Below, in pieces: positions 51,395 to 64,000 of a stretch of DNA of 64,000 nt. The DNA is taken from the NCBI RefSeq assembly GCF_006345805.1, contig NC_043003.1:41664001-41728000 (forward strand). The letters run 5' to 3'. The first letter of the stretch is position 1. The number at the start of each line of letters is the position of its first letter. This stretch comes from Octopus sinensis (lineage: Eukaryota). The translations under genes and the position numbers were made by a program. The notes beneath the pieces were generated by a model that was given only the letters and a program-made list of their open reading frames with translations, was not told where the DNA came from and ran no database searches.

Positions 51395-52418
51395 CAATAT
51401 AAATAACTTGATTTTAATTTCATGTTCTTCATTCTAAATAAAATTAAATTTATCATTTTATCTAATACACTGCTGAACATACTGCACAAGATAAATATTT
51501 TCAAGAAAATTAAGATGTTTCAAATGTTTAATTACAATAACTCCTCATTTCTCTAACTTAGATTTATGTTTTATTTTCAGAGGAAATCTCGGTGCTTGAA
51601 ATATGTTCAAAAAGTATTTTACAGTTAAACTGTATGTATTTCTTTTCTTGATACTACAATTGTTTCTACACATGCTAAGATTTTATTCCCTCTTTATATA
51701 CAGGATATGATTCTCTTATGACTGTCTATGATATCTCGTTGAAAAGGTGCCAAAAGTGCATAATTTTATGAACATCTGACTGGCAAACTTTTCGAATCGG
51801 GATTAAATTACAAATATACATATATTTAATTATTGAAATACATATGTAGGTGGTACATTGAAAAACTATCCATCTTTATTTTCTCCCGCCAAAACCAATG
51901 CCACACGAGCAAAATCCATTGGATGGGAGGTGTCGCCACCCTTCCTACACATGTTAGAAAATTTTCTTGCTATTCGGCTGAGTCACTTCTCGGCTGTTAC
52001 TGAGTCACTTCTCAGGATAACGCATAGACCAAAGGCGATAAGCCCTTATCTGACACTCGTTTTGTACAGTCCAGAATGTCCTGAGATGTTTTTTTAGAGC
52101 CTTTTGACAAACACTTTGCCAAATAGAAATATTTTCCTTGTGATTTATTTAATACTATTATTAATATAATGTGTTTTCCTATAGGAAATTTCTTTTTGAA
52201 GTATTTTACAGGCAAATTGAATGTATTTCCTTTTGATGTTCAGCTCTTACAGAATAGCTGTTGGTATGACACTATCCTGAATAGGAACTGTAAAATTTTA
52301 TTATGGGCTCCTGTTTCTTTGCGCTCTTGAGGTATTTTTATAGAGATACTTATATGAATACATGTCTACAAACCACACGTTCACTTTCATAGAAAATATT
52401 GGATATTTATATAGAAAG

Positions 52419-52488
<70 letters not shown>

Positions 52489-52638
52489 CAATATAAATAA
52501 CTTGATTTTAATTTCATGTTTCTTCATTCTAAATAAAATTAAATTTATTATCTTATCTAATACACTGTTGAACATACTGCACAAGATAAATATTTTCAAG
52601 AAAATTACGATGTTTCAAATGTTTAATTACAATAACTC
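49936..52638 (+). repeat. Tandem segmental triplication, unit ~1.06-1.09 kb (about 2.5 copies)
   Basis: Anchor agagcc at 49943, 51003 and 52096. Identical ORFs at 50765/51858 and 50919/52012. The third copy ends at 52638. Confidence 0.97.
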
Positions 52639-52639
52639 T

Positions 52640-53165
52640 TTATGTTGCTCCACTAGCACCCTAGGGGACGAATTTCTCTGTTACTTTCTGCTAAAATCGA
52701 ATGCACTGAGCTTGTGCTTGTTCCCACTTTGTGCGCGATTTCCTGTTTTGTCACACGACGACCCTTGTGAATTGGCTCGTCGTTTTGGTTTGTGGATGTG
52801 TTACCTAAGCATGATTCGTTCTCCACTGATGTGCAGCCATTTGTCAAGCTATCTTATCACTCCTAATCATCGCGCAAGGCCTGTTGAATATTCAAGGTAA
52901 TTTGAGCTTAGGTATCACTAAACTTTGGGAAAAACATAATGCAATATCCCTGCTCGATGCGGTCAGTGAAAACGACCTATATAGAGCGCACACTATATGT
53001 CTGTACTCTAAGCGTAACGGCCGGGAAGTAATGCTGCCTAGTGACGTGAAAATTTTCAAGTATGTGTAAGAAGATTGCTGTCGTCTCCTACCCAAAGGAT
53101 TTTGCCAACGCGGTATTTATTTTGCCGCCACAAAAATGAAGTCGATACCTTTTGAACGCACTCAG

Positions 53166-53167
<2 letters not shown>
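52640..53167 (-). mobile_element. Mariner 5' remnant
   Basis: Minus: TIR-like tactgagtgcgttcaaaaggtatcga, then TSVENE...STNQ...IHKGRRVTKQEIAHKVGTSTSSVHSIL (second HTH). Confidence 0.65.
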
Positions 53168-53210
<43 letters not shown>

Positions 53211-54532
53211 CTACATACACACACATATACGCAGAGTATCATGTTGATTTTCAAGTGCTTGTTCATTTTATAAATCTTTCTTATTTTTATCACTAGAGTA
53301 ATATCCATTGGTATTTGGTAAATAACGGAAAGAGTTAACGGTCATAAAGAGTTAAGCCTGCATAAATTCATTACTTAAAACAGACGCATCCTTATGTTAT
53401 ATTATTCGCTCTGCAATAACCAAATATGAAAGGAAATAAAACAATTCAATTCCATCCTTCACAATCTAATTAGTATATTGTATATTGATATACTGAAGAT
53501 GTACTGAAGATATACTGAAGATGTATCGATATACATCTTCTATGAGGCAATGTTGCCAAATAGACATCCTTCCGATATATGCTTTTTTCTCCTTTTTTGG
53601 TTTATTTTCTAATTTATTCGGAATTCTTTTGGAGATTTCTTTTTAACTGTATTTCCTAATCTTGAAAGCAAATCTTGAATTCTTACCATAAGCCTTGAAT
53701 CTTAAACGTGAAATCCTTGCAGGTTAGTAATACTCTGTTCTTCATAAATATGCGCAGATGTTTGGCAAAAGAAAGTATCGAAAATATACAATGTACAACA
53801 AGGTGTATCCTTGAGATGGAGACGGCAATGCCCATAAAGTTAACAACCAATAAAATGAAATTTTAAAACTGTTATTTCCAATGTAATAACAAAAATTTTT
53901 CACAAGGAATACAGAATCAAATCTAAGTCATGTTACCCACTTAGATCATGTGTATTCTGTGAATATTTACACTCACACACACACACACACAAACACACAC
54001 ACGCATGCACGCCCGCAGGCGCGCACAGGCATATATATTACAAATAATAAATTAAATACAATTGAGAAATGGAATGAAAATAGACGTGGGATACGTAGCG
54101 ATATTACATTTGTAGATCCATTATTTAGGCAGAATGGTATACATATATGATTCCAGTTCCTTGTAAGTTCCAATAGTAGTTAAAATTGGTCATTCCAAGT
54201 ATAGAGTTCACATAAAAGCTTCGATTCAATAACACCGTGTACAAACTCTATACTAGGAATGGTCAATTTTAAATACTATTGAAACTTACTCAAGTAATGG
54301 ATCTACAAATGCAATATTCCTATATATCTCACGTTTATTTTCATTCCTCCACTTCAATCTCTATTTCATATAAAGAAAAACTATTGCTTAACCACTTTCC
54401 CACACCGTCTCCGATGAATGGATATATAAAATATCCCGGAAACATCTGCATGACCTATTTATAAATGTTCTAAAATCTTTCAGTCTTGGATCTTTATCTG
54501 ATTCCGAAAATAAAAATGATATACATACATAT

Positions 54533-54697
54533 AGGCGTAGCAGTGGCTGTATGGTAAGTAGGTTGCTTACCAACCACAATGTTCCAGGTCCAGTACCACT
54601 GCGTTGCACCTTGGGCAAGTGTCTTCTACTATAGTCTCGGGTCGACCAAAGCCTTGTGAGTCGATTTTGTAGACGGAAACTGAAAGAAGCCCGTCGA

Positions 54698-54730
<33 letters not shown>

Positions 54731-54993
54731 TATGTGTGTGTGTGTGTGTCTGTGTGTGTATGTTTGTGTGTCCGTGTTTGCCCCCCCCCCCCCACCAACA
54801 TCGCTTTTCAACCGATGCTGGTGTGTTTACGTCCACGTAAATTAGCAGTTTGGCAAAAGAAACCAATAGAATAAGTACTAGGCCCTACAAACAATAAGTC
54901 CTTGGGTTGATTTGCTCGACTAAAGGTGGTGCTCTAGTATGGCCGCTGTCAAATGACTGAAACAAGTAAAAGAGTAAAAAGAATAAAAGAGTA
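54533..54993 (+). mobile_element. Full-length tRNA-derived SINE with internal TA/TG microsatellite and C13 run
   Basis: Head aggcgtagcagtggctgtatggtaag, ttgggcaagtgtcttctactatag body, tail gtcaaatgactgaaacaagtaaaagagtaaa. Confidence 0.88.
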
Positions 54994-55125
54994 CATGCTG
55001 ATACATGACCTACGTTGGACTCCCCATTCGCATAATCACCGAACCTGGAGCTTAACTATAATCTATCCGTATCACTCAGCAATACCTGACACCTTTGGGT
55101 CGTATTGACACCATTACCTGTCATA

Positions 55126-55166
<41 letters not shown>

Positions 55167-55488
55167 ATCCGACGAGGAAATCAATCTACAAGCATTATTT
55201 TGGACTATTGAGGCCTGCAGAAACAGCCGTTGGTTTTGTAATACGTTTCTTCAACCCTTATAATTCTTGATATCATTTCTATTCTGTGTTAGTCAAACTT
55301 TTTTCTATGTAAACAGACATTCATATTTTGTATTTCATATATTTTATATATTTGTATATTGATCTGCCTGACTTGCTTATCCTTACATTTACTTCTGTAC
55401 CTGCTCAAGTTTAAACTTCTTTGGCACTACTAACTGTATTCTATACGGAGAATATACATATATTTTATATACATACACACACACACAC

Positions 55489-56528
<1,040 letters not shown>

Positions 56529-56574
56529 AAAAGCTATTACACAAAACATTAGAGAATGGATCAATTTCCACTAT

Positions 56575-56705
56575 TACAGAAAAGCATCAATCAGGGGCCT
56601 TCTTTTATACATCAGAATACGAATGATTAATATGACTCGCACTGAGACTGAACCTGGAGCCGTCTGCTTGAGAAGCAAGCTTCTTACCACAGTCACACCT
56701 GCGTC
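56575..56705 (-). mobile_element. Decayed SINE head (54533 family)
   Basis: ctgaacctggagcc...gagaagcaagcttcttaccacagtcacacctgcg is the reverse complement of the head. Confidence 0.6.
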
Positions 56706-57657
56706 TGATGGTGATGCTTATTTTAACGTAATTTGATTGTTGTTATAATATAGTCGATGAGGACGCTGCAGCTGCTTCTGCTCTTGAGGATGATGATGAT
56801 GATGATGATGTGTATGACCACGATCATGATCGTGATAACGACGATGATGATGATGATTGGAAGCAATACATAAATGATTGAAAAGAGTCGGTTTTGTCTA
56901 GATTAAAACTAACAAGTATCACCACCGTTGAAAGTTTGAGTTTACTCGAATTGTCACCATGGAGATGGTGACGTCAAACATACCAGTAAACTGTTGCTAG
57001 CTCTTGAAATTTTCTCCTATTGCTAGAGCTGCCATAGCTGTACATGCTGTTCTTCTTCTGCTGTGCACTTCGCAGTATTATTTCAAGATGTCATCGATGG
57101 CATTGAAAGTGAAAGTTAGTTTGCTCTATTCACAGCGGATGTATAATCTTATTGGTATTAGACAGACAGATGTAGAGATGTGTCTTTTGGTTGATTCCGA
57201 AATAAGTAAGTATAGAAGATGAATTAGGTAGACATCAAGTAAGTGAAAGTGAGTGTGTTAGCGCAATTTTTTTATGTGTGTGTATGCGTCTGATTGTGCA
57301 CATATGTGCTTGACAGTAGCGTACTGATGAATAGCTTGTGGTGTTATATTTGCTTTACTTAATTAGCATCTAAGATATTTGCCGCATGCCAGTGGTTGGC
57401 GGCAAAAGTAGCAGGATATTTTGAAATACTTATACCGTAAGGAGAGAGCTGTAGGCAGCACTGATTCAACGCCCTCTAGTAGCTAAACTTAATTATTGCC
57501 ATTTAATGTAATAAACACAATCTCTTCGGAAAGTAAATAAGATGAGAGTATGACATGATGAATATATTCTACAATCTCTCCCTCTCCCTATCTCTCTCAC
57601 TCTCCCACTCATTCTTTCTATGTATTTATCTGTGTAAAGATGTATATATATACATAT

Positions 57658-57710
<53 letters not shown>

Positions 57711-57765
57711 AATATACATAACATATATATAAACACACACATGGTATATACATATATATATAAAG

Positions 57766-57805
<40 letters not shown>

Positions 57806-57917
57806 TGTGTGTGTGTGTGTGTCTGTAACGCATATATTCCAAATCATCTATCTTTCTATGTATTTGTCAGTATATATGTCTATCTACATACATATACATA
57901 ATACATACATAATACAT

Positions 57918-57960
<43 letters not shown>

Positions 57961-58728
57961 ATATATATATATATAATATATATATATATAAACACAGATA
58001 CATACACACACACAAACAAACATATATGTATATGATGTGTGGACATTGGATGGGTAATTTACAAGTTTGTGTCACTGTGGAGTTTCTACAACTATGAGAG
58101 AGAAGAGTGACAAAAGTAGGTGAAATTATAAATACCATAAACTTTATGCGAATAACATTTTGACACACTTCTCGCAATACAGGAGGATCTAGAAATTGGG
58201 CGAATCAATAACTCCACATAACCAAGATCAACTGATCACCAAGGATACCGGAGCTTGCCTAAGATTTTGTTTCCAGTCTAGAGACGCATGTGCAGATTCA
58301 ATCCAGTGACAGTTGGCTTTATTGCCACAGTCACCAGTAGTGAAAGATATGTTTTGTAATTAGTACAAGATAATAGACCGTGTCAAAAGGAGATTAATTC
58401 GAGCAGCAATTTGGAGTGTAACTATTCAGGGATATACACATGAAATAAAGTCTAAAACCAAAAGGAAAAAAAAAAGAAAAATATAACCAAAAGAAAAAAA
58501 ATAAATATACATATTAAACAATAAATCACTATAAACATTCAAAAGAAGAGCACCCGCAATATAACATTAATCATAATTTATTGAGAATCAGAGTACGCTA
58601 AGTTCAATATTCCGACCACGTAACACATCGGCTGCATTAAAATTTCTGATTGCCACCTTCAGGCAATAGTTAACGGCAAGTGATTTGCACTATCCTTTCA
58701 TGAAATTTGTTTTAAGCCAGCAACTCCA

Positions 58729-58773
<45 letters not shown>

Positions 58774-58899
58774 CCTAGCTTCCATTTCTAGTGATTGATT
58801 AGTGTATCGTCGGAGAGATGTTTCCCCGAACTCCGCTCATGATCTGAATTTTTCCGCCAACGAAACACAACAAAACTGACTGCTTCATTTTGCCCCAAA

Positions 58900-59800
58900 A
58901 GGTAATGTTTCTATCTTTACAAAGAAAGGGATCATCAGCTATAGCAGCCCTATTATCTTTTCCTATTGTCTAAACTCTTAACTGCAACTTCCTTGCGATA
59001 ACTTACTAATTCTACCCCAACTTTTGTTTTCACACTTACCTGTCTCCTGTTATTTCAGTTTATTCCTTCAATTCCCATTGAATTTCTTCGCTTACACGTT
59101 TCCTATAACACATTTCTTCTTACAGTGCATGACCAAATTCTAGTAGGCACATTCCTCTCTGTGTAATCTCCCTAAACTGAGAACAAAGACCTCAAATATG
59201 AGACCTTCGTTGACAAGAGGACAAAATATCTGAATAACATACGCTGTCTCCACACACAGAACATTGAAACGTTTATACTAACGATCTAGTCGGCGATTTC
59301 CTATTTCTCAACCCCTGTATTGGAATTTGTAAGACAATATTTGAGGACATTCAAAAACCACTTGCATTCCTCCTACAAAGGTGAGAATTAATCCATTTCC
59401 AGTGTGCTTTTATGAGACCGTCCCAGTGACCTACTAACACCAATTCAAATATTTGTAATCAGAAAGATTTTTCAAGGAAATTAATATTCGTTAGTTGATA
59501 GTTCCTTTGCATCAGCGGCCTCAGGACATTACTTTGATTGCTATTCATGATTTCTCCCAAATCTGTAATAGGTCACTGTTTATTTAGTCATAGGTCAAAG
59601 TCGAAAATTTTGCTGCTGGTACTGCTGGTTTCGGCAGGGATAATTTATACAAGAGGGTTAGTTTACTTAGTGCCAATTGTTACCGTCTTCAAGATATTCT
59701 CCGCGGTCCTAATATTCATGTTGATCTCAAAAGTGGTGATATTATCGCTGCCAACAATGTTAACATGCATATGTAATGTTAATATTGTATTGTTGCCTTA
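58900..59800 (-). mobile_element. Possible very decayed CR1/L2-like LINE remnant
   Basis: Faint similarity to AP-endonuclease motifs on the minus strand; no open frame. Confidence 0.2.
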
Positions 59801-60689
59801 CTGGTACATGTGGCAGCGTTAGCAGTACTACTATTTATAATCGTAAATATATTGGCCTCTGTATGTGCCTCATCCACTTTCTTCAAGCTCTCTTTTTTTC
59901 GTTTTTCTCATATATCTATTCATGAATACAGTGAAGTTATATTAAATATATCGTTTAGAAACATACGAATCTGACTATTGGATTGCTGTTATGGCCCAAG
60001 AGAATGAAGTGATCAGTAACATATGTCTGTAGTGTGTTCCGCTAAATTTAAAAACTCAATAACAGAGTAACCGAATACTGATATTTACAAGTAAGGTAGA
60101 TCGATACAAGAATGCCAAAAACTTTGCTAGCACCTATGCCAACATTTCTACAGAGTTTATAGAGTTATTGGTTAGAATATTGAATATCTAGCTTGTAGGT
60201 AGATTTCGATGCCGTGCGTCATACTCCATCTAACAGAATATGTAATTCTCTCGTTCTACTGCGTTAGACATCTGCCAAATCATTGTGCAAATAAACGTAG
60301 TATGCCAAACGATGTCAACACTGTGACTTATTTCATTCGTAGCTGCTCACGTTCTGAGAATTCGAGCAATGTGATGGTGTTTCAAGACGTATATGTTGAG
60401 AACCAAGTACCAAGTTCCTGAGCACAGCTTTCAGGGAAATTATTGTTTTGTTTTAAACGTTGCACATTCGTCACGCGAGTTCATCGAATGGCTTGTGTTC
60501 ATCTTTGTTTTAGAGCCAGAGATCTAGCTCGAACCATCTTACCGTTGAAATCATCGATGGTGATGATGACGAAAACTACTTCGACGCCACCGACGAGGAT
60601 TATAACGACAAATTGTAATATGAAGGATAAGAAATAGTTACAGTAGCAAAGAAGAAACGGAAAAACAGCAAGAAAGAAAAAAAAATTCA

Positions 60690-60700
60690 CAGTAGTAGTG

Positions 60701-60760
<60 letters not shown>

Positions 60761-60792
60761 TAGTAGTAGTAGTAGTATAGTAGTAGTAGTAG
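60690..60792. repeat. (TAG)n microsatellite
   Basis: Direct inspection. Confidence 0.95.
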
Positions 60793-61029
60793 ATTCAGGG
60801 AAAAGTGTAAATGGACAGCATGGACATCAAATATGAAAAGTTGCAATAACAATAACCGGTAGAACATTATCAGATGTACGTAAGAAAATAAGCATAGTGG
60901 AGAAGTTCAGGAGATCAAAGAAGCCAAAACGCTTCTCAGTTTAAAACTGTAGACATGTACTGACATTACAGCTAGTTACACTTCTATTTGTCTTTCCTTC
61001 CTGTACAAGTTAATAGCATGGTCACTACT

Positions 61030-61677
61030 CACTCCCAATTCCACTCTCCCTCTCTCTTTCACTCTCACCTTCTTTCCCTCTCTCTCTCTGTTTCTTCTGC
61101 TTCTTTCGCTTGCACGCGTTTTCCCTCTCTCTCTATTTCTTCTCTCTGTTTCTTTTGCTTCTTTCGCTTGCACGCGTTTTTTACTTTAGATCTTTCTCTT
61201 CGCTTTCGCTGACATTGTTCTTTCACTTAGGTCATCCACAGCTTTCGTCGTTTTAGTCTCTCCCTCTCTCTTTCCTCTCTCCCTCTCTCTTTCCTCTCTC
61301 CCTCTCTCTCTTATCGTATTTCTTTCTCCCTCACTCTGCATCCTCTTTCTTTCTTTCTCCCACTCCACCCTCTCTCTCCACCTGTCTCTGTCACTCTTCA
61401 CCCTCTCACTTTCTTTTTCCCTCCCTCTCCTCCCTCTCTCTTTCTTTCTCCCTCTCTCTTCACTCTCTTTATTTCGTTCACCCTCTCTCTCTCCACCCTC
61501 TCTCTTTCTTTCTCCTTCTCTCTTTTATTCTCCCTCTCTCTCTCCAAACCTCTCTTTCTTATCCTCTTTCTTTCTCCCTCACTCTCTCCACCTTCTGTCT
61601 GTCTGTCTGTCTCTGTCTGTCTGCTAGTCTGTCTGTCTGTTTCTGTATCTCTGTCTCTTTGTCTGTATGTCTGTCTG

Positions 61678-61716
<39 letters not shown>

Positions 61717-61720
61717 GTTG
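61030..61720. repeat. ~0.7-kb polypyrimidine (CT/CTTT/CTGT) low-complexity tract
   Basis: Direct inspection; includes a 58-bp-period duplication at 61083-61180. Confidence 0.9.
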
Positions 61721-62069
61721 TATTTGTTGATGCTGCGAATGTCTTTGATGTTACTGTTGTTATTCCTGTTTCGATGCTTCTTCATTCTTGCTGTTTTACC
61801 CCAAGTCAAACCCGCAAGAACAGATATATGTTCAAAAGCGTCCAAGCCGTCTCATTGTTATATTTAGAGGCGCATTAACCAATATCTTCCAATGAACATG
61901 TGAATACAGGTCATAGAATAATTTGCGTACCTACCAAAATTTAGTTTTAAGAAATAAATACTACAAGAGACTGTCCAACATTCTAATGCATTAGTTGTGA
62001 GGATTGGCGAAATCCACCGTCCAAAGTATAGCAATTCTTTCTTATTTTGGCACAATGGCAACAATTTCT

Positions 62070-62447
62070 AGGGTGGGGAACTTTGAAAGGCAAAGTCCAC
62101 CTTGCCGGAATTTGAACTTAGAACATAAAAACGAAGATGTCGCTAAGCATTTTATAATGCGTGCTAATAATTCCGCCAGATCGTCGATTAAATTGGAACT
62201 AAGGGCGCACGGAGCCGGAAGAAAAGCCGCTAAACGTTCTTTTTTGTGTGCTAATGATTCCGTTAGCTCACCGACTTAAATTGGGATTCAGAGTGCACGG
62301 GACCGGAAGAAAAGCCGCTAAGCGATCTTTCATGTGCGCTAATGATTCCGCAAGCTCGCCGACTAAAATTGGAACTCAGAGCACATGGAGCTGGAAGAAA
62401 AGCCGCTAAGCGTTAGTTCTGGTACGCCAATGATTCTGCCCACTCGC
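62070..62447 (-). mobile_element. SINE with tandemly reiterated 88-bp tRNA-like heads
   Basis: gccgctaa anchors at 62226, 62314 and 62402. Each unit has A-box-like (GGCGGAATCATTAG) and B-box-like (GAGTTCCAAT) motifs. A fourth head leads into the normal body aaggtggactttgcctttc. Confidence 0.8.
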
Positions 62448-62469
62448 TGTTTTAACTATATTAATAGAA

Positions 62470-63200
62470 ATGGCTTCATTGTTTGCCAAAGGACCAGCGG
62501 TTTTCGAAAGGAAGGGAAAGTCGATTACATCAATACCAATACTTGATTGGTTCTTATTTTAATGGGCACGTAAGAAGAAAGTCAAAGTTGACATCGGCGG
62601 ATTAAATACGCTAATAATGATGGGTTTTGTTTTAGGCAAACACCTGCAGAATTTCAGAGGAGGTTTCATTCAATAAAATGGATATCGGTATTAGACTATC
62701 ACTGCACTTTTTAACGACCCAGTAGGAATGAAAATCAGAGTTGATCGTCATAGGATTTGAACTTTGTAGCAAATGTAGCAAAACATTTTCTCCGATGCTG
62801 TAATGATTCTACCAATCCACAACCGTTAGATTAATTTAATTCATGAACAAGACCAGTAATTTTGATTGGAGGGGATTAATCAATATCATCGACGCCAATA
62901 CATGACTATTATTATACCAGCTTGAAAGGATGAAAGACAAAGTTAAACTGGACATGACTTAAAATTAGAATTTAATGGCACATAACAAATATTGCAAAGA
63001 ATTTCTCCCAATGCTGTAAAACATTCTGTTAGTTCACGGCCTCTACGATATTGTCACTAACTTAGGCTCAACTCTAACAAGTACATTGGGGATGGATTAG
63101 TCAACCAAGTATATGGCTGGTATTTTAGTTTTATCAAACTGATAAAGATAAAACTAAATGTTGACCTCGGTTATATTTGAACTTGTTACGTAGAATTCTT
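62470..63200 (-). mobile_element. Cluster of several decayed same-orientation SINE copies (12172 family)
   Basis: Repeated aaagtcaaagttgacatcggcgga, aatcagagttgatcgtcataggatttgaact, gaaagacaaagttaaactggacatgact and aaatgttgacctcggttatatttgaact segments. Confidence 0.6.
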
Positions 63201-63336
63201 TCAGAATCGGGTAAAGTGCCTGGCAATATTTAGTTTTGTCAATTAAATACAAACCACTTATTTTCAGATTTTCTGTCAACTTTGCCAAATCATCGCCATA
63301 AATACAATATATTCCTCATCAACAGTAACAGTCACA

Positions 63337-63337
<1 letters not shown>

Positions 63338-63422
<85 letters not shown>
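63338..63422. repeat. (AAT)n microsatellite
   Basis: Direct inspection. Confidence 0.95.
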
Positions 63423-63424
<2 letters not shown>

Positions 63425-64000
63425 CTAGCCGTCACTGAACTAGCCACTGAAACAAAAAAAAGTGATATCACTGAACTAAATGACTTGATATACGCAGCAG
63501 CCACTGCAGCCACAAAAGAAGCTGGATACTCACCCAAACCCGCCCAAACAGGAGTACCACCACCCAAACAAACCCTGTGGATAAATAACATCCAAACAAA
63601 ATTAAAAAAATTAGAAAAGACCTGTCGATTCTTAATGAAATCAGCAAAAAAGCAACGCTACTGAGCAACAAAAAGAGAACAAAAATGCTCCGCAAATATA
63701 ACACCACAGAAAAAGATTTGCCGGAGATAAAAGAAAAGCTGAAGCAAGATATCCTTGCCAAAGCTCAAAGGATCCGCCGGTACGAGAAACGCCAACGCTT
63801 CTTTGAACAGAACAAAAAGTTCAACTCCGACCCCAAAAAGTTCTACCAAGAACTGGGCAAAAATAAAATAGAAGTCACTGCAGCACCAACGGCAGAAGAA
63901 TTGGAAGAATTCTGGGGAGAAATATGGTCGGCGAACGAACCACCAAAAAAAAGGAGTATCAAAATAACAAACTCGGCATCTGAACAAACTTGGACCCCCA
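63421..64000 (+). mobile_element. 5'-truncated second copy of the Dong-like element (runs off the window)
   Basis: Starts aacctagccgtcactgaac, matching ~41709 of the full copy, and stays highly similar through ttggacccc (~42290). Begins directly after (AAT)n. Confidence 0.95.

Noticed and set aside
53490-53541. Short tandem (tactgaaga) repeats ending in a 10-bp hairpin
   Set aside because: Explained by local slippage; CTGAAGA is not followed by a hammerhead stem II/GAAAC arrangement.
57075-57206. Plus-strand exon candidate (two AG acceptors, GTAAGT donor)
   Set aside because: The peptide is unrecognisable, and another frame resembles decayed CR1/L2 RT (DGIESE...LF.AD); unresolvable without RNA data.
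60511-60615. Acidic terminal-exon-like frame (…DGDDDENYFDATDEDYNDKL*) after a good acceptor
   Set aside because: The acidic run is equally explained by decayed GAT/GAC trinucleotide repeats, which are common here.

Overview
AT-rich eukaryotic DNA, not prokaryotic. The load of (TA)n/(CA)n/(GA)n/(AAT)n microsatellites and the recurring tRNA-derived SINE families resemble an Octopus (coleoid cephalopod) genome; that assignment is inferred from pattern recognition only. I could not identify a host protein-coding gene, and most ORF-track entries are microsatellite read-throughs. The only long intact ORF (42375-44591) is the RT plus restriction-like endonuclease of a near full-length R4/Dong-clade retrotransposon sitting in an (AAT)n tract. 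Other content: further Dong fragments, several mariner remnants (one with both TIRs, nested in a LINE), a deleted Ty3/Gypsy element, Penelope-like fragments, a non-autonomous Helitron, many SINEs and a ~1.1-kb tandem triplication. Most notable: (1) a complete type I hammerhead ribozyme motif (minus strand, 12692-12744) inside a 355-nt-period repeat, retrozyme- or Penelope-like; (2) several ~110-140-bp local duplications, two nearly perfect and inverted, each abutting a TA-rich microsatellite; (3) an exact 16-bp ETS-CRE composite at 162-177 heading a promoter-like cluster; (4) a SINE with tandem 88-bp Pol III heads; (5) unconfirmed exon and microexon candidates. All alignments were done by eye, with no database searches.
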